Assembly: GCF_964355755.1 (NCBI RefSeq)
Contig: NC_092673.1
Coordinates: 31,741,648 to 31,805,647 of the forward strand
DNA from: Antedon mediterranea
Lineage: Eukaryota; Animalia; Echinodermata
Reading direction: 5' to 3'
Length of the DNA stretch: 64,000 nucleotides
Shown: one piece after another, positions 50,633 to 61,776 of the stretch
Numbering within the stretch: position 1 is the first letter of the stretch
How the letters are laid out: each line of letters opens with the position of its first letter
Program-made: the position numbers and the translations under genes
The notes under the pieces: model-generated
Told to the model about the DNA's origin: nothing
The model's input: only the letters and a program-made list of their open reading frames with translations
The model's database searches: none

Positions 50633-51769
50633 ATAGTTTTAATTTGACTTGAAATTCCGAATTACTTTCCGTTTACTAAATTCCGTGGCCACACACTCCG
50701 CATCGGCTTCTTGGTAGCTTAATCCGTATTTCTTGCGGACTAGGTAGATTATTGCTTCCTTTGCCGCAACTAGTGTTATGTAATTTTCAGTATTTCTATA
50801 AAGGGAAAAATAAAACAATTTAATAATATTCTGTATACCGTACCGTACTTTAATGTTACAGTGTAGAGGCGGTATATTTTAGGGTAGGACTGGCCCGTCG
50901 AAGCTAAAGCGAGTCGAACGGTATTAGGGTGGGCAAATAACTGAAGTACGCAATTCGTTTTTGGGACGTTGTACGGTTTTTTTTTCATTATGAGTGTATG
51001 GAGACTTATTGACAAATTACAACAACATTACGTGTAATTTGGAAACATATCTGCTATTGATTCCGAATTGATCATGGAGTTAAACTCTATCTAATGTACA
51101 TTTTTTTTTTTTAAATAAAAACAATCCAAGATAAATTTGAAGTAGTGACGTGAACCTCTTTCCTCCACTACGCATCCCCTCATCATCACCCCACCCAACA
51201 CATCTTTCAACACCCTTTAGAGTCAAAATATCAGTTTACTTACAAAACATCTTCTCTGCAATGATTGCTGAGCCTTGTTGCTGACGGGGGAAGATTGTAT
51301 ATACATCTGATCGCCTTTGTTGTGTATGGTTTTCTGTTAAAGGTTAAAACAAATATGATGGATAACAGTTAATCATTGGGTATATAGGCCTATGTAACAA
51401 GTTATGAGGATTGGACACCAATTGCATTTCAGAATATATTTTTTACCTTGGGTCTTGCCATGTGGAGTATGTCATTTTTCTTAGCATTTGCTCTACTAAA
51501 TGAAAGTAATCCTACGTAGAAAATAAACTATTAACGATTATTTCATGTCATTACTGCAAAGCACATCACAATACATTATATTTTATATTTCTGTTTTTCT
51601 TTAAAATTGCGTGTGTACAAAGTAACTTACGTCAGCATCCAAGAATTTGGAAGCAAACCCAAGTCAGTCCTTTTGAATGTACAGGTATTTATCATTGTCT
51701 GTATTTTGAAAATATTCCATATGCCGTTTCCTAAGAGAAAAACAATAGGCTACTGATTGCAATGTTATG

Positions 51770-54700
51770 TTACATGTGTAGCATGAGACATTACAATAAG
51801 GAGTCTTTGCTTAACAAACTTGCTAATGTTAATTGGGAGTCAACTTTATCATGTAACAAAGTAAATGAGGCTTGGTTTAAGTTTAAAACTGTATTTTTAG
51901 GTGTCATTGACGAAATAGCTCCTGTGAAAGAAGTTAGAATTAAATGTAGAACTGAACCTTGGATGAATGATAATATCCTTCTGGATATTCGTCAAAGAGA
52001 CAAACACCTATTTTTATTTAAGAAATTCCATTGTAAAGACATGTACTCTAAATATTGTAAATTAAGAAATAAGATACAAAGAGATGTTAAGAAAGCTAAA
52101 TCAGAATATTTCAAAACTAAGATTGAGGAAAACAAGGGTAATCCCAAAAAACTTTGGCAAACCCTAAAATCTACAGGTTTTAGTCAACAAAGTAAATCTC
52201 AAAATACAATTGTACTTAATAATAATGGTCATCCATGCACTGAACCATTTTCTGTAGCTAATCTCTTCAACAAATTTTTCACTAATGTTGCTTCTTTGTT
52301 AACTGATAAATTACCAAATTGTAATAATATATTTGGTGTTAATACTACACCCTTCAAACAATACTATAAGAACAAAGGGATAAAGAAGAACAGTTTCGTT
52401 TTACAAACTATATCTAATGATTTTGTACTTGACCAACTAAATTCTTTAAATCCTAGCAAAAGTACAGGACTTGATAACATTCCTGCTAGATTTCTTAAGG
52501 ATGGAGCTAATATTATTGTTCAGCCAATAACACATAATTGTTAATTTATCATTATCTCTAAAGGTTTTTCCTAATGATATGAAATTTGCTAAGGTCACAC
52601 CATTATTTAAAAAGAACAATAGGCAGGAAGTTAGTAATTATAGACCTATTAGCATCTTACCAGTAATATCTAAGATAATCGAAAAAGCTGTTTTTGTACA
52701 ATTACATAACTATCTCAATGAAAACAATGTAATTAATGATTTTCAATCAGGTTTTAGAGGAAATTATTCTACTGATACTGCTTTAATTAATTTAACCGAT
52801 CATATAAGATCTGAAATATCTAAAGGTAACTTTACAGGTTTGGTAGTCCTTGACATACAAAAGGCTTTTGATACAGTCAACCATCAGATATTATTGCAAA
52901 AACTGGTTCATATGGGCATTGATAAAGATTCTTTATTATTGTACAGAAAAGGTCGGACGACTACACACAGGTTAGCAAATGAGTAGATATACCACGGGAA
53001 TAAGTTTGAGATGAATCTGTTTATTAAACGTCTCATTCAATTCTACAAATAAATACAGAAAAGAATCATAAACAACCTTTAACCTTATACCATAGCATAT
53101 AACCTCAATAATCATTTACAAATCTCCATACAAACATTCAATCATAAATAAACTGTTAAAAGCATAATCAAATATAAACAATACTGAGTATTAAAATACA
53201 GATACAATAATGTTTCTCATACACTTGTCATTAATGTTCTTGGTAACTTTCATCATAATACCACATTTTACATAGATTTTAACATGACTCACAACTTTGC
53301 CGGGCATAAATACTTCCAGATTATACAGCGTACAGTTTCTACAGTTACGTTCTCAGGTTAGCAAAAGCACATGAATAACTCCATAGCCTAAAACAATATA
53401 ATTATATTCATTATGTATCAATATCCCTGCTTAACTCATACGTATAAACAAACCTCCATTCAGAACAAAAGGCTGCGCAACTCTGATCTATAAATAATGT
53501 TAACCTACAGCAAAGTTAAGTCGACGCGAGGTCAGATACGAATCACCCATGCGTGACGGATCAAATTCAGAGTGAACATTCTTATGCAACCGGTCTATAC
53601 CTAGAAATTCTAAGTTACATACATAGCATCTAAAGAATCAACATTATCATGTGAACCAATATATCGGATACTAAATTTAGCCTAAATATATTTTAGGAAT
53701 ATTACAAAATGTTTCGGTCTATCATCATAACAACCTTGTCTTATATGGTCTACCGTATCACTCAAAATGGCGGCTACCACGATGCAGCACATGTTCAAGA
53801 TAAATCTCATAATTAAAGGCAAAATATCGTAACTATGACTAAACAAATAGTATCACATAAATATAATAAACTTACATTTATCATTGTAATTTACACAAGC
53901 AATCGTACGGAACAGATCACGGAAATATAGACGGAATTTCCGGACAGCTCAATTACACATGTCTACAGTAACTCGACTATAGCTGAACTGTACCACACAA
54001 CCGTAGGTGGCAGCAAATATTACTCGATCGTATATAAGATTATCGCAATAATCCTACAATTATGGTTTGAATCATATTTGAAAGATCGCAAACAAATTAC
54101 ATCAGTAAATGGCGTTCAGTCTCAACCATGTACTATATCTAGCGGAGTTCCGCAAGGTAGCATTTTAGGACCTCTTTTATTCATATGCTACATGAATGAC
54201 ATCCCAATTAGTGTAAATTGCAATATTATGTTATATGCTGATGATACAATATTGTTGTCTTCTGGTAATGATATTAGACAAATAGCTAATGATTTAAGTT
54301 CAAACCTGGAATCATGTAACAACTGGCTTATAAACAACAAACTATCATTACATCCTGATAAAACTGAATCAATATTGTTTGGTACTAAAAGAAAACTTAA
54401 GAATGTTCATGATTTTGCTGTTATGTTTAAAAATAAGTTGATATGTAAGAAGAATATGATCTCATATCTTGGTTGTTTGCTTGATGAAGACCTGTCTGGA
54501 GAATCTATAGTTCAAAAAGTTCTTAGTAAGACTAATTCAAGACTTAAATTTTTGTATAGACATTCTGCATGTCTAAATTTCTTTTCTCGTAAAATTTTAT
54601 GTTCGGCACTGATTACTTGTCACTTTGACTATGCATGTTGCTCCTGGTTTTCCGGTGTTTCTAAAAAACTTAAACAAAGACTCCAAACCAGTCAAAATAA

Positions 54701-55334
54701 AGTTGCTAGGTTTATATTAAATAAAAATAATCGTGCACATATTGGTAAAGACGAACTGAACCAAATCGGTCAATTATGTCTAGAGGATAGAATTTGCCAA
54801 CTCAAACTTAATCATGTTCATAAGATTTTTTATGGAAAATCAGTACCTTATTTGACTGAAAAGTTTCAAAGAGTTTCATCTAACCACCATTATATGACTA
54901 GAAGTAGTGTCAATGGTTTTTCAGTTCCTATATCTGATAGTCAGATATCTAAAACGTTTTATTATACAGGCATAAAGGCATGGAATAACCTACCTCATTC
55001 CATTCAACAAATAGAAAACAAATTTAATTTTAAGAAAAATGTTAAATCACATTTCTGTTCTACCAAATAATTTTATAAGTCAATCATAATCTTTAATTTA
55101 ACTTGTTTTTTATATTATTGTTTTTGTAATATTTACGTGTTTAATGCAATACTTTGTAATGTTTATATTTTTTATTTTAGATTGTAAAAGGATCCCAATG
55201 GAAATAAGCTGATAAGCTTTTTGGGCTATCCTGGAAAGTCTTTTATAAATGTATTATTTGTAATGTCCGTAATTTATGTTATCACTTTGTATGTATTTTT
55301 TATGATGATTTTCCAAATAAATTCAAATCAAATC
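51770..55334 (+). mobile_element. 5'-truncated L2/Crack-like LINE (RT ORF2), frameshifted and split by a solo LTR
   Basis: KSTGLDNIP, NYRPISILP, QSGFR, LDIQKAFDTVNH, GVPQGSILGPLLF, YADDT. 3' UTR stem GGATCCCAA..TTGGGCTATCC and a (TCAAA)n tail. Confidence 0.92.
52940..54058. mobile_element. Solo LTR
   Basis: TGTA...TACA ends with 5-bp TSD ATTAT (52935-39, 54059-63). Removal restores RT DKDSLLWFESYL in frame. Confidence 0.85.
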
Positions 55335-55539
55335 ATAGTATATGTGCATAACCTTATTATTTCAGTTACTTTTTTTATTGGTTGTACTTACTTTGCTTCG
55401 GGCACATTCTCTGACATAACTGTCATTACGTATGACGACATATCATCAAACTAAAGATAATTTAGAAAGTGTAACAGTTATATGAACCAACACAGGATTT
55501 TCAACAGGGTAATGAATGGTTTAAAATGTAGATTAAACC

Positions 55540-56097
55540 GGGAAAATGGGGCTTAGGCCTACAGAAAATATTGTGTGTGATGTTGGTGATAGGAGTTGGT
55601 GTTTTAATTATTTTACACTTTGTAACCAAATTTACCTGTTCATTAATATTATTCGGATGTTAATAATGTGTCATCGCACCGGTTGTCACTGTGCGCTTCC
55701 TGACATAAAGAAATAATTAACTACAGTAATACCTTTTATTAATCGAACACCTTTGGTACCCAACGTATTGTCTTCCAAATAGCCCTGTTCAGAAGGAACT
55801 GAACAAGTACATACTTCCTAATTTATATGGTTTGAAAGGCAGAATAAACAGGGGAAAATGGAGCTCAGGCCTACAGGAAATAGTGTGTTTGATGTTAGTG
55901 ATAGGAGTTGGTGTTTTATTTATTTTACACTTTGTAATCAAATTTACCTGTTCATTAATATCTTCGGATGTGTCATCGCACCGGTTGTCACTCTGCGCTT
56001 CCTGAAATAAATAAATAATTAACTACAGTAATAACATTATTTATTTAATGGGACCCCTTTGGCACCCAAAACATTGTCTTCCAAATATTGTTCAGAA
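55540..56097. repeat. ~310-bp tandem duplication containing a small exon
   Basis: 55540-55792 versus 55851-56097. Confidence 0.9.
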
Positions 56098-56981
56098 AAC
56101 AACAACAGAAATTGTCCTAATTTCGGAGGGCTTTACTTTACTGAATTTTTACAAATATTACATTAAAACGAACATTAGCTGTTACGAAATGTGTTTGGGC
56201 CTATTAGGTACTATTATAGGACTTACCGTGTGTTGTATTTGTTCTGCAGTAGAATAGTGCAGCCCTTCTATGTATGCAAGATATATAGTTGGTAGCTCTG
56301 TGCCTACCATACAAGGTGGTTGGTTCTTGTCATTGTTGATGAAACGATCTTTATGTTTGACTGTAACATCCATGCTGCAGCCGTTAGTACAACCTGATCC
56401 CCCCACACACCTGGCGTTCGGACTCCTTCAATATATGCATCCCAAGTCATTTCCATGTCATTTAAGTCATGCGCCACTCTTTCCTGTAAACAAAAACAAA
56501 ATCCGTATTGTATAGTGGCATAAAATCAATTATTCCTTTTGGCGAGGCGGACAGAAGTAGAGTACAATATCACAACCGATCTTAATGTATGAGTGTTCAA
56601 TTCTGATTCATTATTCAAACATATTATAAAGCATAATCAATGGAAACTTACTACTTTGACCGGATGTAATTAACATTTAAACAAGTCTCTGATTAATTAA
56701 CTTCAGTTCAGTATCTTAAGCAGATTAACAGTTGGTAGATCCCTAAACATCACAGTATAAATATCTTAATGATATTTACTACAAACTGGTAAATTAACAG
56801 AATTAAATTACTTATAAAAACATCGATGCGAGTCAGCTGCTCGCCATGCTGGATCTACGCTAGTTTATTAGAGACAAGAAAGGACGCCCTCAATGTTAAC
56901 TAAATAAATATCTGTTTCACACGAAACATCCTCCCCCACGATGCGACAATGTCGCATCAAATCTAGCACTACATTGCAATA

Positions 56982-59348
56982 CTAATAACTTTCGGCTGGG
57001 CATATTACAGCTATCTTGTTGATAGGTCGGCTGAAATGTCCGGTGGCAGTTTTTAGTCGCGTGGAAGCGACTCTATAGTTCACTATGTCAGTCGGTCGGT
57101 CTGTCTGTCTGTCTGTCGGTCTGTCTGTCTGTCTGTCGGTCCGGTATCACTATGCGTTTTATCGCTTTATGACCTTATCTTGATATCAGTTTAATCTAGC
57201 TAAGTCAATTTTTCACAGAATATTCCTTATGGCCAGGAATCGATTTGGTTATGTTTTCACGGTGCGCAATAAAAAATTACGCGGTCTACGCACGATTTAA
57301 CGAAATCACGTTTGTAATCATATCTTAACAACCATGAATCACAATTAAATAAAATTTGGTACTCATAAATTTCAGGGCATAAATCATCATATGGCAATAC
57401 AATTACGTGCGTAGCGCATGTAACGCATGCGTACGCGCGCTTAAAATTTTCAAAATTTATTTTCGATGAAATAAGAGTACGTTTCAGGCAATTTTAAGCG
57501 TTTACAAAATTGCCATGAGTGCGCAGATTTTTGCGCGCGCACTGCGCGTTATATGTTATTGCGCACTCTTTTTGCCCGATTTCTCTTTTCTTGACTTACT
57601 TTTCAACTCGAAATTACGTTATACGAGCACGTCAAAAGTGACAGGCTACGCACGTGTAAATTTAAAAAATACAAATGTTTTTTAACATTTCAACATTTTT
57701 AAACATGTTCAGTAATTTCGGTCAGTATAGTTCACTATGTCGGTCGGTCCGTCTGTCTGTCGGTCTGTCTGTCGGTCTGTTTGTCTGTCGGTCCGGTATC
57801 ATTATGCATTGTAGCACGCGATTTAATGGCTGTTGGCCTTGTTACTTTAATGTTGCGGATTCGACCATCGGCTCCGGGATACACTTCGGTGATTCTTCCA
57901 AGGTGCCACTTCCCACGAATAGCATTCGGGTCTGAAAGTATTACCACATCATTCACTTTTACGTTGCGTCTGTCTACATTCCACTTGCGTCGAGGTACTA
58001 ACAGTGGAAAGACGTCTCTAGTCCACCGCTTCCAGAATGCATTAACTATCTTCTGTACATATTCTAATCTTTCTCTCGGGTTCTTGCTTGGCCGGAATGG
58101 TCCTTGAGGTACTCTACTAGATGATCGACCTAACAAGATATCGTTGGGGCAGATATATTTAACATCATCTGGATCATTTGGAATTCTTCCAATAGGACGT
58201 TCGTTGACTAGGTTGGCTATTTCTTGAAAACATGTATGAAGCTCAAATGGTGTCAGTTTCTGTTCACCTACAGCCTTCTTCAGTGCCAACTTGCAGCTTT
58301 TTACTAGTGCTTCAGCGCACCCATTTTGGTGTGGAGCGAGTGGGGTGGTGAATTTCCAGATTACTTGTTGTTCAGCACAAAATTCCTTTAATTCCTCTTT
58401 GCTCCAACCTTGGATCATTTGTCGCAGTTGTCTTTCAGCACCAATAAACTGTGTACCATTATCACTCTGGATCATTTTCGGCTTTCCTCGGATTGCAAAG
58501 AATCGTCTAAGTACTAACAGAAACTCCATCGTAGAACAATCGGTTGCTACTTCCAGGTGTACAGCTCGGGTGTTGAGGCAAGTAAAGATGACTCCATAAT
58601 GTTTTGCTGTCTTGTTTCGGCTAATTTTGACAATATATGGCCCGAAATAGTCGCATGCTGTATAATAGAAAGGTGATGTATCAGAAGCCATTCTTTCTAC
58701 AGGAAGATCAGCCATAAATTGCGTCTCAGTTTGGTGTTCCATGGTTCTGCATTTTACACAACGAAATTTAATCGTCTTGGCTAAATTCGTCACACCAATT
58801 ATCCAGTATCTGCTTCGGACTTTAGCAGCTGTGGTAGCAACTCCGTAGTGACCCCGCTCGTGAACATTCCGTGTAATCAGATAGGAAATATGGTTATCTC
58901 TCGGTAGTAATACTGGATGACGTTGGTCGTACGACAATAGACTTTTCGAAGCTCTTCCTCCTACGTATAGTAACTTATCTTTAAGGAACGGGCTTAAGGA
59001 TTTCAACTCTCCTTTCTGAATTCTGACATTAAGTTGTTTCTGAGCATCAAAAATCCAGTACTCTTCCGCTATGTTTAATTCTTCCGCGGAAAGTGAACCC
59101 TCATTTATACTGCATTTCGCCTTCAGGTTAGCAATAAATCTAAAAACATACGCTGTGACTCTGATTAACTTCCTCCAGCAGGAAAACCTTTCGCTGTCGA
59201 TGACGACTTTCTTCTCTGCGCTTACCATTAACACCGTCTTATCTTTCTTCCTTTCTTGATCTATTTCTTTAGTGTCCGCTTTAGGAATAGACTTTGGCCA
59301 CTGTTCTTCCGGTGACTTCAGAAAGGCTGGTCCATTTTTTCCATTCAT
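56982..59348 (-). pseudogene. BEL/Pao integrase, frameshifted from upstream ORF and interrupted near its C-terminus
   Basis: HHCC (H..GHYG..CVKC), DYFGP, SDNGTQF, GCAEALVK. The C-terminal KTATGHFSRPINKIAVI* resumes at 57052-56982. Confidence 0.9.
57053..57841 (+). mobile_element. Helentron/DINE-like non-autonomous element
   Basis: Starts TTAGTCGCGT..GCGACT, has a (GTCT/GTCG)n microsatellite twice, ends GGCCTTG, and sits in a T-run without TSD. A related short copy is at ~63320-63449. Confidence 0.65.
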
Positions 59349-61776
59349 TCTCCAGGTTCTTTATATTAATACCTCTGGATACTTGGTCGGCGATGTTGTT
59401 TTCTCCTGGTATATGACGCCAATCAGATGGATCTGTATGACCCTGAATTTCAGCAGATGCATTAAATACAATTCTTACAGGTGTCGATTTTTTCTCTGAT
59501 CTGATAATGGCGTGGTGTGGCAGGTAACATATTGGTCCATCATAAGTCGCTATTTCATTCTCTGACAGTTTCCAGGAAAAACCTAATTGTACCATTTCTT
59601 CCATTTGTTGCTGATAGCATTTCATGTGTGATGGGTCTTTTTTCAGTCGATTCTCAGTCGAGACTAGCATTCTCTCGGCAAGCAGTTGGTTGTCAATTAG
59701 CTTTGAAGCATCCTTTTTCCATGGGTATGGTATTTGCCACTTGTCTCCAACCTTTTTACAGGACTCCCACATCACGTTGTACTCTTGTCTCTCAGAAGGT
59801 GTCAACTTTAGTTTATCAGATGGTGATTGATTACAGGAACAATTTGGCAACTGAACCCCCATTTCTTCTGTTCTCCAAAACTTAGATAAATCGGTCTTCT
59901 CAGTTAAGTTGATAGTTAACACTGTCATATTATGTTTGTGGTGGTTGTTGGATGACCCGAATGTTACCCAGCCTAATGGTGATTTTCTGAGTAAGTAGCC
60001 ATCTACTTGCCTGGTCTCTCCGCTATGCATCATAGGATAGTCTACACCAATTAGAACATCAACCGCACCATCTCCTCGGCTCAACGTACAGCCTAACTCT
60101 CGTTCTAAACTCTTAATGACATTCTTGTTGGGCTTTTTCACATTGGCTATCTCAGGAACTCCAATAGCAGATATCGTATGCTCTTTCTGGTTAGCTAAGA
60201 TTGTGACTCGGTAGATTTTGGTCTGATGGGCTTGAATTTCATCTCCTAGGGTACCAATGTCAATACTTATTGGTTTTCCTTCCAGGTTGAGTCCCTCTGT
60301 TACAGTTTGTCGAATTAACGTTACGTTAGCTCCCGAATCGAGCATGACATTACCAGCTATGTGATTGTCACCAACACCTAACCTCACAGTAATTACAGGT
60401 AACACAACATCATTGGCATTTGCAGCTACACTAGCTAAATTATTAGTAGGAGTTTGGTGAAGAAGTATATGATGGTATGACTCGCACTTGTCTTTGCTGC
60501 ATTGCTTTCGTCGGTTGCAAGTCCTCATGTTGTGGTTTTTGGCGGCTCTCTTCAGACAACTAAAACAGGCATGTACTTCTTTTGCCATCTTTAGACGGGC
60601 TGCTGCATTTAATCCTGCTATCACGGTACACTGGTCTGGCCAATGATCATTGGTGTTACAACCCCAGCATTTCTTCCAAGTAGACTTATGTTGGTTTGCC
60701 TTCTGTTGATTGGATTTATGTTGGTTATCTGGTTTGGCTTGACCATCTATTTCCTGCTGTCCCATATTAACTTTACCTTGAGCAGGTGACTGGGTACTAC
60801 GGACGGCTGCAGTGGCTCTCATTCTAGACCTCATTTCTACTTCAAGAAACTTAAGCAAACCTTCTAAGGAAGCGTCTTCTTCTTTTTGTTGTAGACATCT
60901 TGCATACACTTTCCTATCCTCTGTGGTTAGTTTCATCTCAATTAGGGCTAGCATATGATTATTGTTCATATCCGCTTCCTTACCAACTTGTTTTAGTATG
61001 TTCAAACATCTTCTGACTAGGTGTGAGAACTCACAAAAGCGATGATCTTTTCCTTCTTTAAGCACTCTAAACTTTGATATATCTTGTGTCACAGCATCTG
61101 AAATTATTTTTGGATCCCCATAATATAGATCTAGGTACTTCCAGCATGCAACATAGTCGGTTCCTATTCCCTTTAGTAACTCTAATGGTTTGCCTGTTAG
61201 ACTGGTCCTCAGTATTGAAACAGCATCTCTTGGTTCATAGACAGGTTCAATCATGTGTTTAAAGTCATCTCTAAAGGTCCAGTATTCTCTGACGTCTCCA
61301 CTAAACACAGGTAACTTTGGTTTTTCAACCCTAGGTTTCAGTTTTATCTGGCGTGTCTGCATAGTTGATGAAGAATTCAAAGACTCGATGACTTCACTAA
61401 CTGGATCTGACAGGGCTGCAGAATTAATCGAAGCAGGTGGTGACTGATTAGACAGTCCGTGTACTTGTACTGGTAAGGGAAGTTGAGGTGGATTTTTTTT
61501 CAGAGCCATTTTGTATTTAGCCTTAATTGCTAAAAACTCATCCATACATGTCTGAATATATTCCTCCTCCTTGTTGTATGCTTCCTCATCTTTAATCATT
61601 TCGCAATACTCATCGTGTCTGTCTTGTAGTCCATGAAAGGCCAATTCCAGTTTTCCAAATTCTGTTTGGATTTCCTCAACGGATTCATCATGATCAATCA
61701 GGTTGTCCAGGTGTTTCTTCTGCCTGGTGAATCTGGACTTACTTGTTCGTCTCTTCATTTTCTTTTCCTCCATCAC
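59281..61776 (-). CDS. BEL/Pao Gag-protease polyprotein with RT/RNase H deleted
   Basis: LPVFSGD..YWTF, three Cys/His knuckles (CWGC..H..C, CFSCL..H..C, C..C..HHILLH), protease LDSGA. The RT start YLPHH..VRIVFNAS is fused to the RNase H end WRHIPGENNIADQVSRG. Confidence 0.9.
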   Translation of the reverse strand: MMEEKKMKRRTSKSRFTRQKKHLDNLIDHDESVEEIQTEFGKLELAFHGLQDRHDEYCEMIKDEEAYNKEEEYIQTCMDEFLAIKAKYKMALKKNPPQLPLPVQVHGLSNQSPPASINSAALSDPVSEVIESLNSSSTMQTRQIKLKPRVEKPKLPVFSGDVREYWTFRDDFKHMIEPVYEPRDAVSILRTSLTGKPLELLKGIGTDYVACWKYLDLYYGDPKIISDAVTQDISKFRVLKEGKDHRFCEFSHLVRRCLNILKQVGKEADMNNNHMLALIEMKLTTEDRKVYARCLQQKEEDASLEGLLKFLEVEMRSRMRATAAVRSTQSPAQGKVNMGQQEIDGQAKPDNQHKSNQQKANQHKSTWKKCWGCNTNDHWPDQCTVIAGLNAAARLKMAKEVHACFSCLKRAAKNHNMRTCNRRKQCSKDKCESYHHILLHQTPTNNLASVAANANDVVLPVITVRLGVGDNHIAGNVMLDSGANVTLIRQTVTEGLNLEGKPISIDIGTLGDEIQAHQTKIYRVTILANQKEHTISAIGVPEIANVKKPNKNVIKSLERELGCTLSRGDGAVDVLIGVDYPMMHSGETRQVDGYLLRKSPLGWVTFGSSNNHHKHNMTVLTINLTEKTDLSKFWRTEEMGVQLPNCSCNQSPSDKLKLTPSERQEYNVMWESCKKVGDKWQIPYPWKKDASKLIDNQLLAERMLVSTENRLKKDPSHMKCYQQQMEEMVQLGFSWKLSENEIATYDGPICYLPHHAIIRSEKKSTPVRIVFNASAEIQGHTDPSDWRHIPGENNIADQVSRGINIKNLENEWKKWTSLSEVTGRTVAKVYS

